From Octopus vulgaris (taxonomy: Eukaryota), in NCBI GenBank assembly GCA_951406725.2, contig OX597817.1:107384001-107448000 (forward strand): a DNA stretch of 64,000 nucleotides, written 5' to 3'. Under the pieces are notes generated by a model that did no database searches, was not told the origin of the DNA, and worked only from the letters and a program-made list of their open reading frames with translations. Position numbers and translations under genes: made by a program. Shown one piece after another: positions 1 to 14,591 of the stretch (position 1 is the stretch's first letter; the number at the start of each line of letters is the position of its first letter).

Positions 1-945
1 ATTTTCATAGAAAAAAGCATCTTTTTGATGTAAATAATTTTTGGTGTTAACATGGTCCGATTTGAATGTTATGTTCTACGGAAGGAAGAGCAACCCTTCT
101 TCTACCATACTCTCAATTTTGGTCAACTTGCGCCGCAGGGTCTCGGAGGAGATAGTGTTAGTTGAAGGTTACCATTCTAGGTGCCTGAGTAACAACCTCG
201 CGGATTTACAGATAAATGAATTAATTACTATTTTACAGAATAAAATTAAATAATTCTTGAAAATTAATTAATATTAATATTTTTTGAACAAAGTAAATAA
301 TTTTTAAAACTTAAATAATAATTTTTTTTACACAAACGCGAACGGGGAAAAGGGGTGGCGAATTCGATTTACATACCTAAATTTTTTCTTTTTCATGACA
401 TTGTAGCAAAATAGTAGTGAATTATATAAATACTAGCCGTACATTTTTTTTTCTGGGGTATTTTTTTTCAACCTCGTCACATATTTTCCCCTTTCAATTT
501 AAACAAAGTCTTAATTAAGCAATTACGGCAGCTTAGCAATGGTTTCAATACAGGCGTGACATCTGTATCTCAATTGTTCAAAACCCTTCGAATTTTTTCG
601 CACGTGATGATATCATAGTGAAAACTTTCAATTACGCGCGCTTAGAAGTACGCTCGCAAATTAATACTACCAAAATTTTGAAGTTCGCGCTCCGCTTGTG
701 TGTGTGTGTGTGTGCGTGCTTTAGGTGTACGTAGGTATGTGTTTTTGTGTGTGTGTGTCACTGAAGCCATACATACATATATACATACATAACCTATCTC
801 TCTCTTTTCTCTCTCAGTCACTCACTACAAAAAGTGAATAAAAAAAGTTCAGTTATTTCTGTCTTTCACTCTGTCTGTCTCTTTACACACACTAACAAAA
901 GCACTTCACTTACACACCACACTTTCTGTGTCGCACAACCCATCG

Positions 946-992
<47 letters not shown>

Positions 993-1545
993 GCACGCAC
1001 ACATGTACATCAATGCTTTCGGAGTGAAATGTTAAAATATTGAGTTTTCTCGAATTTTGTCTTAATTGGGGGTGAAATTGAAAGAAATATATTATGGCAT
1101 GACCGAATGGAGTACTTTGAAAAATCTTAGGTAAACTCTAATTGAAGAAATTGTGTGAGGAGTAAATCGTTATGTATTTATTTGTTTCTGTTTGCTGTGT
1201 TTTTTTATTTTTTGAGTAGTGGTTTAAATACTTTCAGTTTAGTCTTCCTCAAATCACTCTGTCGCTATTTACTTTCATTTTATTCGTTGCACACTGTGTG
1301 TGTGCGTGTGCGTGTGGTGTAAACCACATTAAGAAAAGCATTTGACATACACACCAGAATGTGAGTTTTCTGTAAATTTTGCTTAATTGGAGTTTAAATT
1401 TTAAAAACTGGACCTGGCATGACCCGATGCATTCTACTCTTAAAAATGCTAGGTAAATTGTAATTGAAGAAATCCTATATTGTAGATTTCTATAAGTTAC
1501 AAAGGGAGGCAGATAAAATCTGCCTTTTATAATAAGATTATAATA

Positions 1546-1548
<3 letters not shown>
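1..1548 (-). mobile_element. Probable non-autonomous Helitron-like element (5' end near 1537-1548; runs off the window start)
   Basis: The minus strand begins A|TCTTATTATAAAA followed by a short hairpin AGGCAGAT-TTT-ATCTGCCT, resembling Helitron 5' ends. It has a diverged internal direct repeat (about 1040-1155 vs 1361-1475) and internal (CA)n/(GT)n tracts. The 3' CTAG end is not in the window. Confidence 0.45.
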
Positions 1549-1586
<38 letters not shown>

Positions 1587-1590
<4 letters not shown>

Positions 1591-1747
1591 TAAAACTGCA
1601 AAGACATCACAAAAACCGTTACTCAGAGTTTCACGTTCCCGTTCGCCGGACAGATTTGGTTGATCCATTCTCCGCCAAAACTGTCCGACAAACGGGAACG
1701 TGAAACACCGAGTAACAGTTTTTGTGATGTCTTTGCAGGTTTATTAA
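1587..1747. mobile_element. Foldback insertion between (TA)n tracts; each arm is an HHR-like fold
   Basis: Arms about 1587-1659 and 1675-1747 are near-perfect reverse complements, flanked on both sides by (TA)n. Confidence 0.85.
1677..1722 (+). ncRNA. Degenerate minimal type I hammerhead (CCGAC(G/A)A core); antisense twin at about 1611-1656
   Basis: AAAACTGT-CCGACAA-ACG(GGAA)CGT-GAAA-CACCGAG-TA-ACAGTTTT. The minus copy reads CTGT-CCGGCGA-ACGGGAACGT-GAAA-CTCTGAG-TA-ACGG. The two-arm consensus restores CCGACGA and stem III CTC/GAG. Confidence 0.65.
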
Positions 1748-2869
1748 TAAAGTATATATATATATATATCAGGAAGTTAATTGTTATCACCGATCATACA
1801 GTGACCATTGGTTTTATGAGAACTTGAGATAAACAAGAACTTTTGCTAATATTGCAGACAGATTCATCATTTGAAGTTTAGATTGAATGGCAGCTTTAAT
1901 GCTGTGTGAGCTGTTCGACCTCCAGAGAGTAAAGTCACTATCCAATATGCACTTTACTTTTTAGGATTGCAGAGCGTGAATTGAGGGATATTTGACTGTT
2001 AGTACAAGCATATCGAACGATCACATTCATAGTTCTTAACTGGTTCGTCATTTGGGTATTTTATAATATCTGGTATAAATTTACACTTTGACAACATTTT
2101 AGTTCCATCATGTTCCAGCTTGTAAAATAGGAGAAATGAACTTGTAAACACTTCTACATACAAGGACTCTACGTGAGCACACACACATATCTAGACATAG
2201 ACACACATACACAAACATGCCCTTACACTTACATGTGCGTGTGCATATATGTAAGACGAAGTAAGCGATGTGTTATCAAATTTCTCAAATCGTTTTCCTC
2301 TGTGCTAATTGAATCTCTAAAAGCATTGCATTTTCCAGAGGAGAATTATCAATCTGGAAGTTCACTAGAATTTCAACGCTTCTCTGTTGTGCGCTGTTAT
2401 CCTTTTGATTTTTATATTTTGCGGCTAAAATTTCATGGCTAGAAATAAGTAATTCTTCACGATAACGTTGCTAGCTTTAATAAGGTCATCGAACCTGAGA
2501 TTTGACACGTTTATTACAATCAACGATATCTAGAATGAAAGGGAAATATATTGATCAGTTTGATTCTTTCTAGATTTCTAAGTCAAGAAAGGAATACATT
2601 CACTAAATGGGAATACATACTCTAATCACACAAACATGAGTGCGCAGAACACGCAAATCGAATAAACAGACAAAAGGTTGTAAAAGGCTAATAATATAGC
2701 TGGTTTGTCATTCACAACGATAACGTTTTGTGAGTAACTGAGTAACAGAGAGAAAGATAAAGGGAGAGAGAGAGAGAGAGAAATATGTGTGTGTATGTGT
2801 GTGTGGTGGAGGGATGCACTCGATTGAATCGATTTTAAGATAATAAAGATATTTGCTGGTGCAAATGAG

Positions 2870-3055
2870 TGAGGGTGTACGTGGTCTCTTGGTTGGCCTG
2901 AGATAGCAGCCAAATCTTCCAAAAATTCGCATCCAACCATTTTTAAAGAGAAACGTTGGATAATGTGCGTTGGATTCTCTCCAAGTGGAAAAAATTAATA
3001 CGGTTGGGATGTATGTGGTCATAGGCCTGTTTCATCAGGAGCTAAACGACAACTG
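2870..3055 (+). repeat. Dispersed repeat family (TAGCAGCCAAATCT motif), unclassified
   Basis: Diverged relatives by eye at about 31900-32090, 32820-33040 and 47190-47390 (+), and 21350-21410 and 33235-33290 (-). Confidence 0.55.
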
Positions 3056-3454
3056 CCAATCAAAAAGACAGGAAATATGAATCTTACAGTGGAAAAAATT
3101 TGAACCCGGCTTGTAGAGATTCAAAACTCGCTACTACAATTCCCTTGTCGAGTTATCTAACGTTTCTGCTAATTCACTAGTCTAGCAGGAAAATTATTAT
3201 ATCGTTAAAAATTTATTGCGTTTACTTACAGATAAAAAAATATGCATGAAATCCTTAAGATCGATATATGTGATATATTGATTTTAATACAAGCAGTGTT
3301 AAGAAGCAACTATAACTGATAGTTGAATCATTGTATCAATAATGGTAAACCTAATTGCATAGAATTAATGCAGAGTTCGTTCATGGCAATGCTGGCGAGA
3401 GTGATTAATGTCAACGACCTATATACACCCACGCGCATACATACATTTTGAACG

Positions 3455-3840
3455 AAAATAGGGATTTCAATCTGATTGCAGCATGGTTAAATATAATTGA
3501 GAGGAACCCTGTATCAACACTAACAGTAAAACATGCAAGGTTGATGCAGAAACCTTCGCTAAAGCAGTAGGCAAATTGCAGAATGGGAAGGCACTTGGAA
3601 GGTACCTAATAGTTGGATATTGGTACAAGAAGTTGACATTTTTTAGAAACCATTTGATATAAGCGTAGGAGTGGCTATGTGGTAAGTAGTTTGCTTAGGA
3701 ACCACATGGTTCCGGGTTCAGTCCCACTGCGTGGCACCTTGGGCAAATGCCTTCTACTATAGCCTCGGGCCGACCGAAGCCTTGTGAGTGGATTTGGTAG
3801 ACGGAAACTTAAAGAAGCCCGTCGTATATATGTATATATG

Positions 3841-3897
<57 letters not shown>

Positions 3898-6270
3898 GTG
3901 TATATGTTTGTGTGTGTGTGTCTGTGTTTGTCCTCCCAACATCGCTTGACAACCGATGCTGGTGTGTTTACGTCCCCGTAACTTAGCGGTTCGGCAAAAG
4001 AGACCGATAGAATAAGTACTAGGCTTACAAAGATTAAGTCCTGGGGTCGATTTGCTCGAATAAAGGCTGTGCTCCAGCATGGCCACAGTCAAATGACTGA
4101 AACATGTAAAAGAGTAAAGAGTATATGTATGTTCAAAATGACTATGGAAGGTAAGGCTGGTATACCGAATTGGCTTGCTACAGCAAGGGCAAATCTTGTT
4201 GCCAAAAATGAAATCACCGAGGTGGCAGGAAACCACAGGCCCATTGCTTGCTTAAACATTATGTAGAAACTGTACACAAGTTGCCTCAATCAATACCTCC
4301 AGAACAACATTGTGACTGATGAACAGGCTGGTGGAAAGAAGGGAGTGTGGGGATGTGCCGTACCAGCTTTTGATAAACAAAGCTGTACTGTCTGAAGTGA
4401 AAAAACAACGTAGAAATCTTGTGACGGTATGGCTTGACTATTGAAAGGCATTTGACTCTATTCCTCATTCATGGCTGTTGAAGTGCCTACATCTGACAAA
4501 AGTACATACTACCTTAATCTCTGCTATAGAGAGACCCACAAAGACATGGACAACAGTTCTTACCCTTGTAACTGAGAACAGGATAATTGTTTCTGACAGT
4601 ATAGGCATTTCAAAGGGAATATTCCAGGGAGATAGTCTTTCTGTACTTCTTTTTTTTTTGGCACTGAATCCATTATCGTTCCTACTGCAGAAAACAAGTG
4701 GTTACATGCTAGGATCTTCAACTGCTAGAAATATCGAAGTAACTCATAAATTCTTTGTAGACGACCTGAAGATTTATGTTAAAAGTGTTTACAATGACAA
4801 AAAACAAATGGAATTAATAACAACATTTTCAGCTGATATAGGCATGGAATTTGACCAAAAGAAATGTTCATATTTGGCTATAGAACGAGGAAAGTCAGTC
4901 CCCCAAACCCAAAACCTGTACATCAACGGTCTCTCTATCTTACCCATTCCACACAAAGAATGTTACAAGTACCTAGGCATAGACGAAAATGTATCATATG
5001 AAGGCATTGTGAATACAATGATCCGAAAATATTACGCCAGACTTAGGAAAATATGGCAGTCGGAACTCTCCTCTTACAACAAAATAATATCCCCCAATGC
5101 ATTTGCAGTACCAGTGCTGATCCCAAAATTTAGAATACTTGATTGGTCTGTAGAGGAAATCCACTCCATAGGTATCAAAACCCGCATAATCCTTATAACT
5201 GGGAACTTCCACAGAAGCAGTGATGTTGACAGGCTCAACCTAAAAAGAAATGAAGGTGGTAGAGGCCTGAGATCAGTGTAGACGGTCTTCGAATCCCGTA
5301 TGGTATCACTCAGGCAGCACCTGCTAAACAACAGCCGCAAAAATAAATGCAGTGCTGAAAAGTGAAGTGAGCAACGTTGTACGAGTTGGCAATGAGCTCC
5401 TCAAGAAGCACTCTCTTCCTGATGATCTCCTGTACAGCCCCAAAACAGCTGGGCTCTCTTACATCAGAGAAGAGCTGGATGGAAAGCACTCAGCATACAA
5501 AAAAAGACTGCATGGGTATGTTACCCAGAAGCTTGAAGACAGTAGAATTGCCACAAAGCGCAGCTTCTCTTGGACACAAGACCACTACATCACACTTTGA
5601 AAGCTATGCGTTTGCAATCCAAGAACAGGAGATTGCCACAAAGTACCTGGTGAACAAGAGAGACTGTGACGCTCTTGTAATCCCAAGGTGCAACCGCATG
5701 TGTAGGCTTTGTCATGTTTCTGTGGAAGACATCGCTCTTGTGATTAGCAGCTGTCCTAAAATGTCATCACAGTACTACCTCCCTATGCAGCACGATGTTG
5801 TTGCTAAAACAATTTACAATGCCATCCAGAAAAAAGACTATCCTGAAATAATCTTAGAAAATCCCTGTTATGGAATTTATTCATAAACACCAACTCAAGG
5901 AATACTGGCGGAATATTCCTATCAAAGCTTCTCTCAAATGTGAACATAACAGGCCTGATATTGTTGTTTGGGACAGAGGGGCAAAAATATGTACCATCAT
6001 AGGGATCAGCTGCCCTGCAGATATAGATATCTCTTCGAAAATCGAAGGATTCTATGGATAACTGCTTCGAAACCTCCAGCTTCTAAATCCAAACTATGAG
6101 TTTATATTAATACCAATAATAATTGGAACGCTTGGTTTTGTTAGTAAATGCTTAAAGGAGAATCTGGATAAACAGATTTTCAGAAAGAGAAATCGACCGG
6201 CTAATTCGTACATTGCGAGTGCAATCTGTGAATGAAAGAGTAAAAATATGCAAGACTTTTCTCAAGTTCC
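3455..6270 (+). mobile_element. Decayed R4/Dong-clade (RLE) non-LTR retrotransposon, interrupted by a SINE
   Basis: RT motifs GIFQGDSLS, HKFFVDDLK, YKYLG and GGRGL (ORF 4478-5281). CRLC zinc-knuckle region (5377-5886) and HNRPDIVVWD restriction-like endonuclease motif (5870-6061). Several stops and frameshifts. Confidence 0.92.
3663..4122 (+). mobile_element. tRNA-derived SINE with internal (TA)n/(TG)n microsatellite
   Basis: A-box-like TGGCTATGTGGTAA and B-box-like GGTTCAGTCCC, then GTGGCACCTTGGGCAA and a TAAAAGA-type tail. Relatives at 20220-20640, 41558-41675 and (minus) 29646-29720, 30820-30935. Confidence 0.85.
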
Positions 6271-6379
6271 AAATGTGAATTTGTCTATGTTAACTACATC
6301 CCAAAGATGGAGCCTTGTATCTTTGCTGGAAACTGGCTCCCTCCTCAGTGGAAGATTTATGATAATTATATAATAGAAG

Positions 6380-6411
<32 letters not shown>

Positions 6412-6429
6412 ATATATACACATACGCAT

Positions 6430-6494
<65 letters not shown>

Positions 6495-6570
6495 CGTACA
6501 CATACATATACATATATATATATATATGCAATTATTATGTGTGTAATACATATATACATACATACATATA

Positions 6571-6960
6571 ATCCCGAGGACAAAGAAATAAGAAGCCACA
6601 GTATGGTAGAAGCCATAGCCATTCATAGTAAAAAAGTGTACTGGTGGAATGTCCCAGTGAAATACTCAATAAAATGTAAACACAATAGACCTTATATAAT
6701 GATATGGGATAGAGAAGAGAAACTGCGTACATCTGTGGAAAGCAGCTGCCTAACGGATGTTAACATAAAACTGAAGATCAGTGAAAAAGAGAATACCTAC
6801 GCTGAACTATTGAGAAATCTGAAGTTACTGTATCAAGGTTACAAGTTCGGTTTTATACCTGTAATCATTGGAGCACTAGGTTATGTAGCACACTGCTTAA
6901 ATACCAATTTTGAGAAATTAGGTTTCTCATCCAAGCCATCACTATACGGTAAATACCTGT
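6571..6960 (+). mobile_element. R4/Dong RLE-domain 3' fragment
   Basis: WWNVPVK...KCKHNRPYIMIWD...EKENTY..L..IPVIIGALG, flanked by microsatellites. Confidence 0.85.
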
Positions 6961-7539
6961 AAAACTTTCCATCAGTTTATTATTTAAGTATATATGAGCT
7001 TGTCTAAATATGCAAGTATATGTGTGAGAAGATATACAAAAAACAAAACATTCGAATCGGCACGTATACATACATACATACATACATACATACATACATA
7101 CATACATACATACATGCATACATACATGAATACATACATGCATACATACATACATACATACATACATACATGCATACATGCATACATGCGTACGTATAGA
7201 CATATATAAATACGTACATAAGTGTACGTATACATATATATTTATAATTATGTATGCATGTACATATATGTATGTATAAGTATATATTATATATGTATAT
7301 ATGTTTGTATGTGTGTGCGTGTATGTGTGTGTGTGAGTGTGTGTGTGTGTGTGTATGTAAATGCGTGTGTATGTATACACACACACATGTACGTATGCCT
7401 ATGCTTTTCTATTTTTAATTATTTGAAGTCTTCCTATTATGAGGGTGCTACTTTCTGACGATGATACATAAAACAGTCATTGAAATGTAGATAAAAAAAT
7501 GTCACATTTTGAACTTGAGAAAAGTTATGCATACACCCA

Positions 7540-9390
7540 CTGGTCCGCTTACAGATGTATTTGTAATACACGTGTAAGCTGGTTGATTTCTTTTCCCGAA
7601 AATCTTAACTTTTCTAGATTGTTACTTAGGCAGTGACTAACCAAACAAAGTGCATCAATTATTATTAGTATAAATGTAAATTTATAATTTGGGTATAGAA
7701 GTTGAAGGTTGCGAGTTATTATCTTTTTCTTTGACTTCTGAAGAGCTATTCAAATCAGAATGGCAGCTGATTTGACATACCTTTCCTGTAAAGCTTTGTC
7801 TTGTTCGTTTACGGCCTGTTTGCACTTGGTAGAAGTTTTGATGAGAATATTCTAATGGTATATTCCTTGTTTTGAGGATTCCTTATGTTTATACCTCATT
7901 CTTTTATCGGGTCACACTGTATATTGTTTTAGCTTTAATGTCATATTATATGAGAGGTAGTCCCTTAACATTTCTGTGCAGCCGCTAAACACGTTTGATG
8001 TTGTCAATAGAAATGTGACGCATTCGATATTTTCGGGGTTCCAAGGGCTTCATTGAATCTTTTGTTTATTAGGTATTTTGTAACGATCTCCTGTTTATGG
8101 ATTGCAAATACATAGCATTCAAAGTGTAATATGATGTAACGGTCGTGAGTTCAAAAAAAGATGCACTTCCTATCAAAAATTGTGCCATCTGCAAGTCTTC
8201 AGGAAACATACCCATGCACAGTCTTTTTTGGTATGCTGAGGATTTCACATACACATCTCCTTTAAGGTACGTTAGTTCAGATATTTTTATAGTTGCATGG
8301 GACGTCATCAGGAAGAGAGTACATCCTGAGGAGCTTGCTACCAACACATATGTTATTGTACTCTTTGCTTTTTAATACTAGATTTATATATTTCTGAAGC
8401 TGTTATTTAACAGCATCAGACTATACGACATACTGTGTCAGACTATACGACATTCGAAGGTTGTCTACATTAATCCCAAGCTTGTACCTCTATCTCTTCT
8501 GAAGTTGAGCCTGTGAATATTAGTGTTTAAGCGACCGTTTCCACTCGATGTCACAATCTTGCAGGTTTTAATGTTTATGGAGTGGATTTTCTCTATAGAC
8601 CAGTCAAGTGTCGCAAATTTTGATATCAGCTTCGGTACTGAAAATTGTTAAAAGAGGAGAGCGCCGAATGCCATATTTTTTCAAATCTGGTATAATATTC
8701 TTGGATCACTCAGTCTTTGTTCACAGTATATCCATTTTGATATATTTTCATCAATGTCTAGGAATTTATAGCATTCTTTGTGTGGAAGAGGAGAGATAGA
8801 AAAAGCGTTATCAACACTTCTTGTGGCCAAATTCCATTTCTATATCTTTTGAAAATATTATTATTAACTCCAGCTATCTTTTGGTATTGTACAATTTTTA
8901 AGCATAAATCTTCAGGTTATCTACAAAGAAATTATGAGTTACATTAGCATCTCTAGCAGTTGCTGATAATGAATTTAATGCCAAAAGAAACAGAATTGCA
9001 GAAAGACTATCTCCTAGGAATTATATTCTATTTGAAATATGTATTACACCAAGACGATCGTTTCGCTCTCTTTAGTAAGTGTGAGAATTGTTGCCCAGGT
9101 CTTTGTGAGCCCCACGACGGCAGCAAGATAGCAGTAAGACAGCAGGTACTGTTGCCGAGTGCAAAGACTTCAACAACCATGGGTGGGAAACAGTGTCGAA
9201 TGCTTCACCGAAACCAATTCATACTGTCACGAGCTGCACAAAAATGTTAAGGGACTACCTCTCATAAACTCCTCGTTTATCAAAAGTTGTTTGACACATC
9301 TCCACCCTTCCTAAGTCTCACCTTCCTGCTCACCATTCACTATGTTGTTGAGCTCACAACGATTTAGAAAATCTCTTGCTGAAAGTGTGA
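7540..9390 (-). mobile_element. Decayed R4/Dong element, same family as 3455-6270 in opposite orientation
   Basis: The minus strand gives THNFFVDNLK (about 8910-8940) and FLGDSL (about 9003-9020), and is collinear with the 3455-6270 copy. Confidence 0.8.
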
Positions 9391-11040
9391 GGTTATCATT
9401 TTATTTTTAGTTTGTTTCTTTTTATGTTTCTTTTATTCCCATATTTGTTTGACTTCCGCATCGTGAAAGATTTTACACCATAGATAAAAAAACCCAGCTT
9501 TGTCCAAAAGCTTAAATTTTGACCGCACCACTGGAGTCCATAGGGATGTTTTGAAATGGGATTTATTTTTACGTCTCTTATTTAAGATGCTTATAACAGG
9601 CAGAATTATGTTGGCCTATATAACAGTTCTAACTCTCTCTCTTTCTTTACGCTCTAATTTCCACCTTTTTATTGTTTCATTCTCTCATTTCCATTCAAAA
9701 TATATTTCCCCCTTCTTCTCATTCATTCACCAATCATCTTAGCTCTCTCTCTCTCTCCCTCTCTCCTCTCTCTCTCTCACTCCCACCTCTCTCTCTCCCT
9801 CGTTGCACATTACATTTATAGACACTTTCATTATACTGAACAATACTTTACAGCAATTTTAGATTTTATCATATGATTACAAGGAAATACTTTTGGATCG
9901 AAAACATTAGATATTTTTTATATCGATCTAAATCAAAACAAAGAAATTGTCGATGCAATATCGATTATTTATTAGCCATTCACTGAGACAGCTGAAGCCA
10001 ACTTATTTAATTCGACAGAGACGGAAAAATGTTGTTGAATGTGTCATAGTGGCAGATAATTGTAAATTTCTTTGTCGCGAAAGAAGATCCGATCGTAAGA
10101 GATCCCCGATGTTTTTATTGATAACCAATCGATCAATGATATCTTGTTTGTTTCTTTCTTTCCACATTTTAGATTTTATTTCTAACATAAAAGCAAATAA
10201 ACTCTTAAAGCAATTTCAAAAATTGACGTATAGTTTTCACCGAAAAATATTGACTAAAACAATACTTGCATACACATCCACAGTTACAGAGAGGTATTGA
10301 CCTTGCAAATATAAGGGCATACGTACGAATACAGTTAACTTAAAATACCCCTATGCATCACTCGACATGGTATAAGCAGCAATCAAACTTCCCTTGAATC
10401 ACACCTTATCACGAAAAAAGAAAGGAGTGGATAGATTCAATGATGTTGTGCCAAGTACAATATGCCTAACACACACACACACGCACACACACACACACGC
10501 ACACAAACACACACACACACACACACACACACAACACGTGCGCGCGCGCACACACAAACATACACACAAATACATACACAAAGAAACAAAATAGAATGGC
10601 CACAGCTGGAAAGCCTTTGATCATAGGTCCGTTCTATAAGGACTCAGTTGATACTAACCAACAACAATTGCGATACAAAGACAAACTAGACAAAGGAGGA
10701 GAAACAACCTACCAAGCACCTCATGCAGTCAACCGTTGTTATATGTTTGGTTGACTTCCCAACATGGCATAATGCTACTAGAGACAACTAATAAAGGGAC
10801 TATGCAGCAACAGTGTAATCTCTATTGGAGGCAGTGAGGATTTTGAGATTGGTACTCGGGGAACATTTGAACTCAGAACGTAAAACATCGGAGGAATGCC
10901 GCTAAGCATTTTGTCCGACGAGCTAACGATTCTATCACCTCACGACCTTAATAATAACAACAACAACAGCAATAATAATGATGATGATAATCATAATAAT
11001 AATAATAATAATGATAATGATGATGATGATGATGATGATG

Positions 11041-11073
<33 letters not shown>

Positions 11074-11076
<3 letters not shown>

Positions 11077-12965
11077 GACCCATGGTGTATAAGAAGAATA
11101 CAGGCAGAGTTAGATATGCTCTCGAAAGAAATTTCTGTGTTAGACCGAAAGGAGAAAGGGGAGCTTAAAAGCGAACAAAAATACAGGGCACTGAAAAGGA
11201 AGTATAATATTGAAAGAAAGGGCCCAAGAGTGGTAATAGAGGAACTGAAGCAGCGCCTCGTTGCAAAGAAAACAAAGATGGTAAGATACGAACAAAAGTA
11301 AAGGGCTACCACCAGAATAGGTTATTCCGAGTAGATCAGAAGAGATTCTATAAAAAAATAAATGGAGAGTGTACAGAAGAAAAGTTGATACCAGATAACA
11401 GTGAAAGTTATTGGTTTTGGAGTGACATCTGGAGTAGAGACAAGGAGCACAAGAAGGATGCTGAATGGTTGCAATAACTAAAACAAACAGTAGTTTGTCC
11501 AAAACAGACTACTGTTTGTTTTGGCAGAACTAGTCATTTCAGTCAGGGAAGTGAAAGAAATCAGCAAAAAGGTGAGCAACAGGAAGGCCCCGGGACTAGA
11601 TGGAGTTCAAGGCTACTGGATTAAAAGATTTGGTGAATGTCATGCACGAATAGAAGCGCAACGTAACACCTTGTAAAATGCCGACTGAGAAATACCAGAG
11701 TGGTTGACATTGGGTAGGACAGTGCTGTGCTTGAAACAATCGAAAAAGGCAATACGGTAGACAATTACAGGCCGATATGCTGTCTGCCATTTATATGCAA
11801 ATTATTTACTGGAATGCTCGCAGAGTCAATGTACGAACATCTGGACAAAAATGGAGTCCTGCTACATGAGCAGAAGGGTTGCAAGCGTAAGTGCAGAGGT
11901 ACCAAGGATCAGCTCCTGATAGACAAAACTGTACTTAGGGACTGCAAGAGAAGGAAAAGTAACTTAGCCATATCATGGATCGACTATCGTAAGGCATATG
12001 ATATAATCCCACACTCTTGTAAATGGAATGTATGAACCTATTTGGTATTGCATCGAATGTAGAGCGATTGCTTGGAAAAAGTATGGCGAATTGGAGGACG
12101 GATCTGGCAGCATACGGAAGAAGTTTAGGGACAGTAGAAATTAGGAAGAGCATCTTCCAAGGGGACTGCCTGTCCCCACTAATCTTTGTACTGTGCATGA
12201 TACCACTAAAACTGATACCGAGGAAAGCAAAATCTGGGTATGTATTTAAAAGCCGCCAACAGAATGTCAACCATTTGTTATTCATGGATGATCTCAAACT
12301 TTATGGTAAAGATGTTTCCCAATTCAGATTCCTCGTTGATACGGTGTATACTTTCAGTGCTGATATCAGAATGAAATTCGAACTGAGAAAGTGTGGTGTG
12401 TTAGTCTTGAAGAGAGGCAAAATCAAATGTATGGACGGGCCATCGATACCGCCGGGGGAGGTTATGAAGCAGATAGAAGAGACGGGCTATGAGTACTTGT
12501 GGAAAATGATAATGCAAAGATCCTGTGGGATTTTATGATTCAGTGCGACAATGAGATAGAGAATAGGAAGCCAGACATGGTCTTAATTGAGAAAGAAACC
12601 AAACTATGCTGGATCATAGATATAGCACGCCCAGCTGACAACACGGTATGCGATAAGGAAGAAAGAAAAGTCAATAAGGTACGACAGGTTAGCTTGGGAG
12701 GTAAAGCAGTTGTGGTCAACGAAAAAGGTAGTAGCGGTATAAATAATTGTCGGAGCCCTGTGAACAGAGAGTAAAAATTTCGAGAAATACGTGGAACAAA
12801 TAGGGGCTGCAATAAGGGTGGAGCACTTGCAGAAAATAGCACTGCTTGAAACCGCTCGAATATTCCGGAAGGTGCTCGAAAAATAAGAGGTGTTACCTTA
12901 GTTCATTGGGAGTGAACAGCTGACAGCGTAGTACATCTCCGGCGTTAGAAGCTGTGCAAATGCAA
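11074..12965 (+). mobile_element. R4/Dong element with internal deletion, embedded in (TAA)n
   Basis: [43 protein letters not shown] and NRKPDMVLIE. (TAA)n on both sides, the known Dong target repeat. Confidence 0.92.
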
Positions 12966-12976
12966 CTATAATAATG

Positions 12977-13022
<46 letters not shown>

Positions 13023-13064
13023 TAATAATAATAATAACAATGATAATAACAATAATGCTGATAG

Positions 13065-14590
13065 TAATATTTCAAGGAGACATGCTTTCGCCACTCCCTT
13101 TCTGATTTGCACTGACACCTTTATATGACATGCTAGTTGTGGATACAACTATTAGGCAAAACAATCAAATATCTCTTGTATATGGATGATTTAAAACTGT
13201 ATGTTGTAAATGATAAACAGCTGGAAACATTACTACAGACAGTACATAGATTTACCAAAGAAATAGACATGAAATTTGGCTTAGAAAAAATGTGCCAAAG
13301 CAACCTTGAAGAGAGGAAAACTAGTTAAGTGTAACGACATCACACTAGATAAAACAAATGAAATAAGAGAATCGGACTAAAGCCAGGCATACAAATACTT
13401 AGGAAACAATGAATTAGATACGATACAACACACACAAATGAAAGATAAGATAAAGAATACTATAAACGAGTTAGATTAATATTGAAAACAGAGATCAATG
13501 CAAAAAACAAGATAATAGGTATCAACACTCTAACCGTCACAGAGCTACAATATTATTCACTGGACTCTAAATCAAATAATCAAAATAGACAGGAAAACAG
13601 GTAAAATAATGACAGGATTTAGGATGCACCACCTGATCTGACATATAAAAGTTATATATCGAAGGTGGTAGAGGCTTTATACAGCTAGAAACCTATTACA
13701 AATAGCCACCATAGGATTACCGAAATACCTACTTCAGAAGCAAAGAAAACTAATAAAAATAGCCACAAGACGCGAACAAAACAAAAAATGTTTTTAGTCT
13801 TTAAGAAGCTGACAAATACAAAAAAGATGTCATAGTACCTGACGACTATGAAGAAAAAGAAGAAACAACAAAAGCTATGAAACAACTGAAATCGAAACTA
13901 AAACTGGAATAGCAACGTATCATGATAAAACGATAGCAAGAAAAGCCCCCGCATGGCAAATATTGCGTTAAACTAAACAGAAAAGAAACAGACAAAGCAA
14001 AATCTCAACAATGGCTGAGAAACTCAGGAGTCAGGATTTTTAATTGTAGCACAAGATCAAAGCCTTCCAACCAGAAATGACTAAAAAAAACACGTAATAA
14101 AAATAAATACAAGTAACTGCTGAATGTGGTGATGGAGAAGAAACAATAAATCATATTATCTCTGGCTGCCCAGTCATGGCTAAGAAGGAACATATTAATA
14201 GGCACAACAAAATTAGGACCTATATACACCGGAAGCTATACCAACACTATGGAATAACAACAGAAGAAAGATGGTATAGGCACACGCCAGAAAAGGTTAC
14301 AGAAAATGAGAAAGTAACTGGAATATGCCAATACACACAGATAGAAAAACCAAGGCTAACAGACCGAATATAGTTGTCAGAGATCACCAAGAAGAAAAAT
14401 GCTTTCTAATCGATGTATCAATACCAACAGATGACAATGTTTCTCTAAGAGAAACAGAGAAACTTTCAAAATCCAAAGATCTGGAATAGAGGTAACTCGA
14501 ATATTGAGTCTAAAAACAGAAACAATTCCTATTAAAGTAGGCGCATTAGGTATGATGAAAAAACATTCAGACAAATACATAATAAAAACA
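13065..14590 (+). mobile_element. Decayed R4/Dong element (another subfamily)
   Basis: IFQGD near 13068, YLLYMDDLKLY, RHNKI...H and RPNIV/IDV RLE remnants. Follows a (TAA)n tract. Confidence 0.88.
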
Positions 14591-14591
14591 C

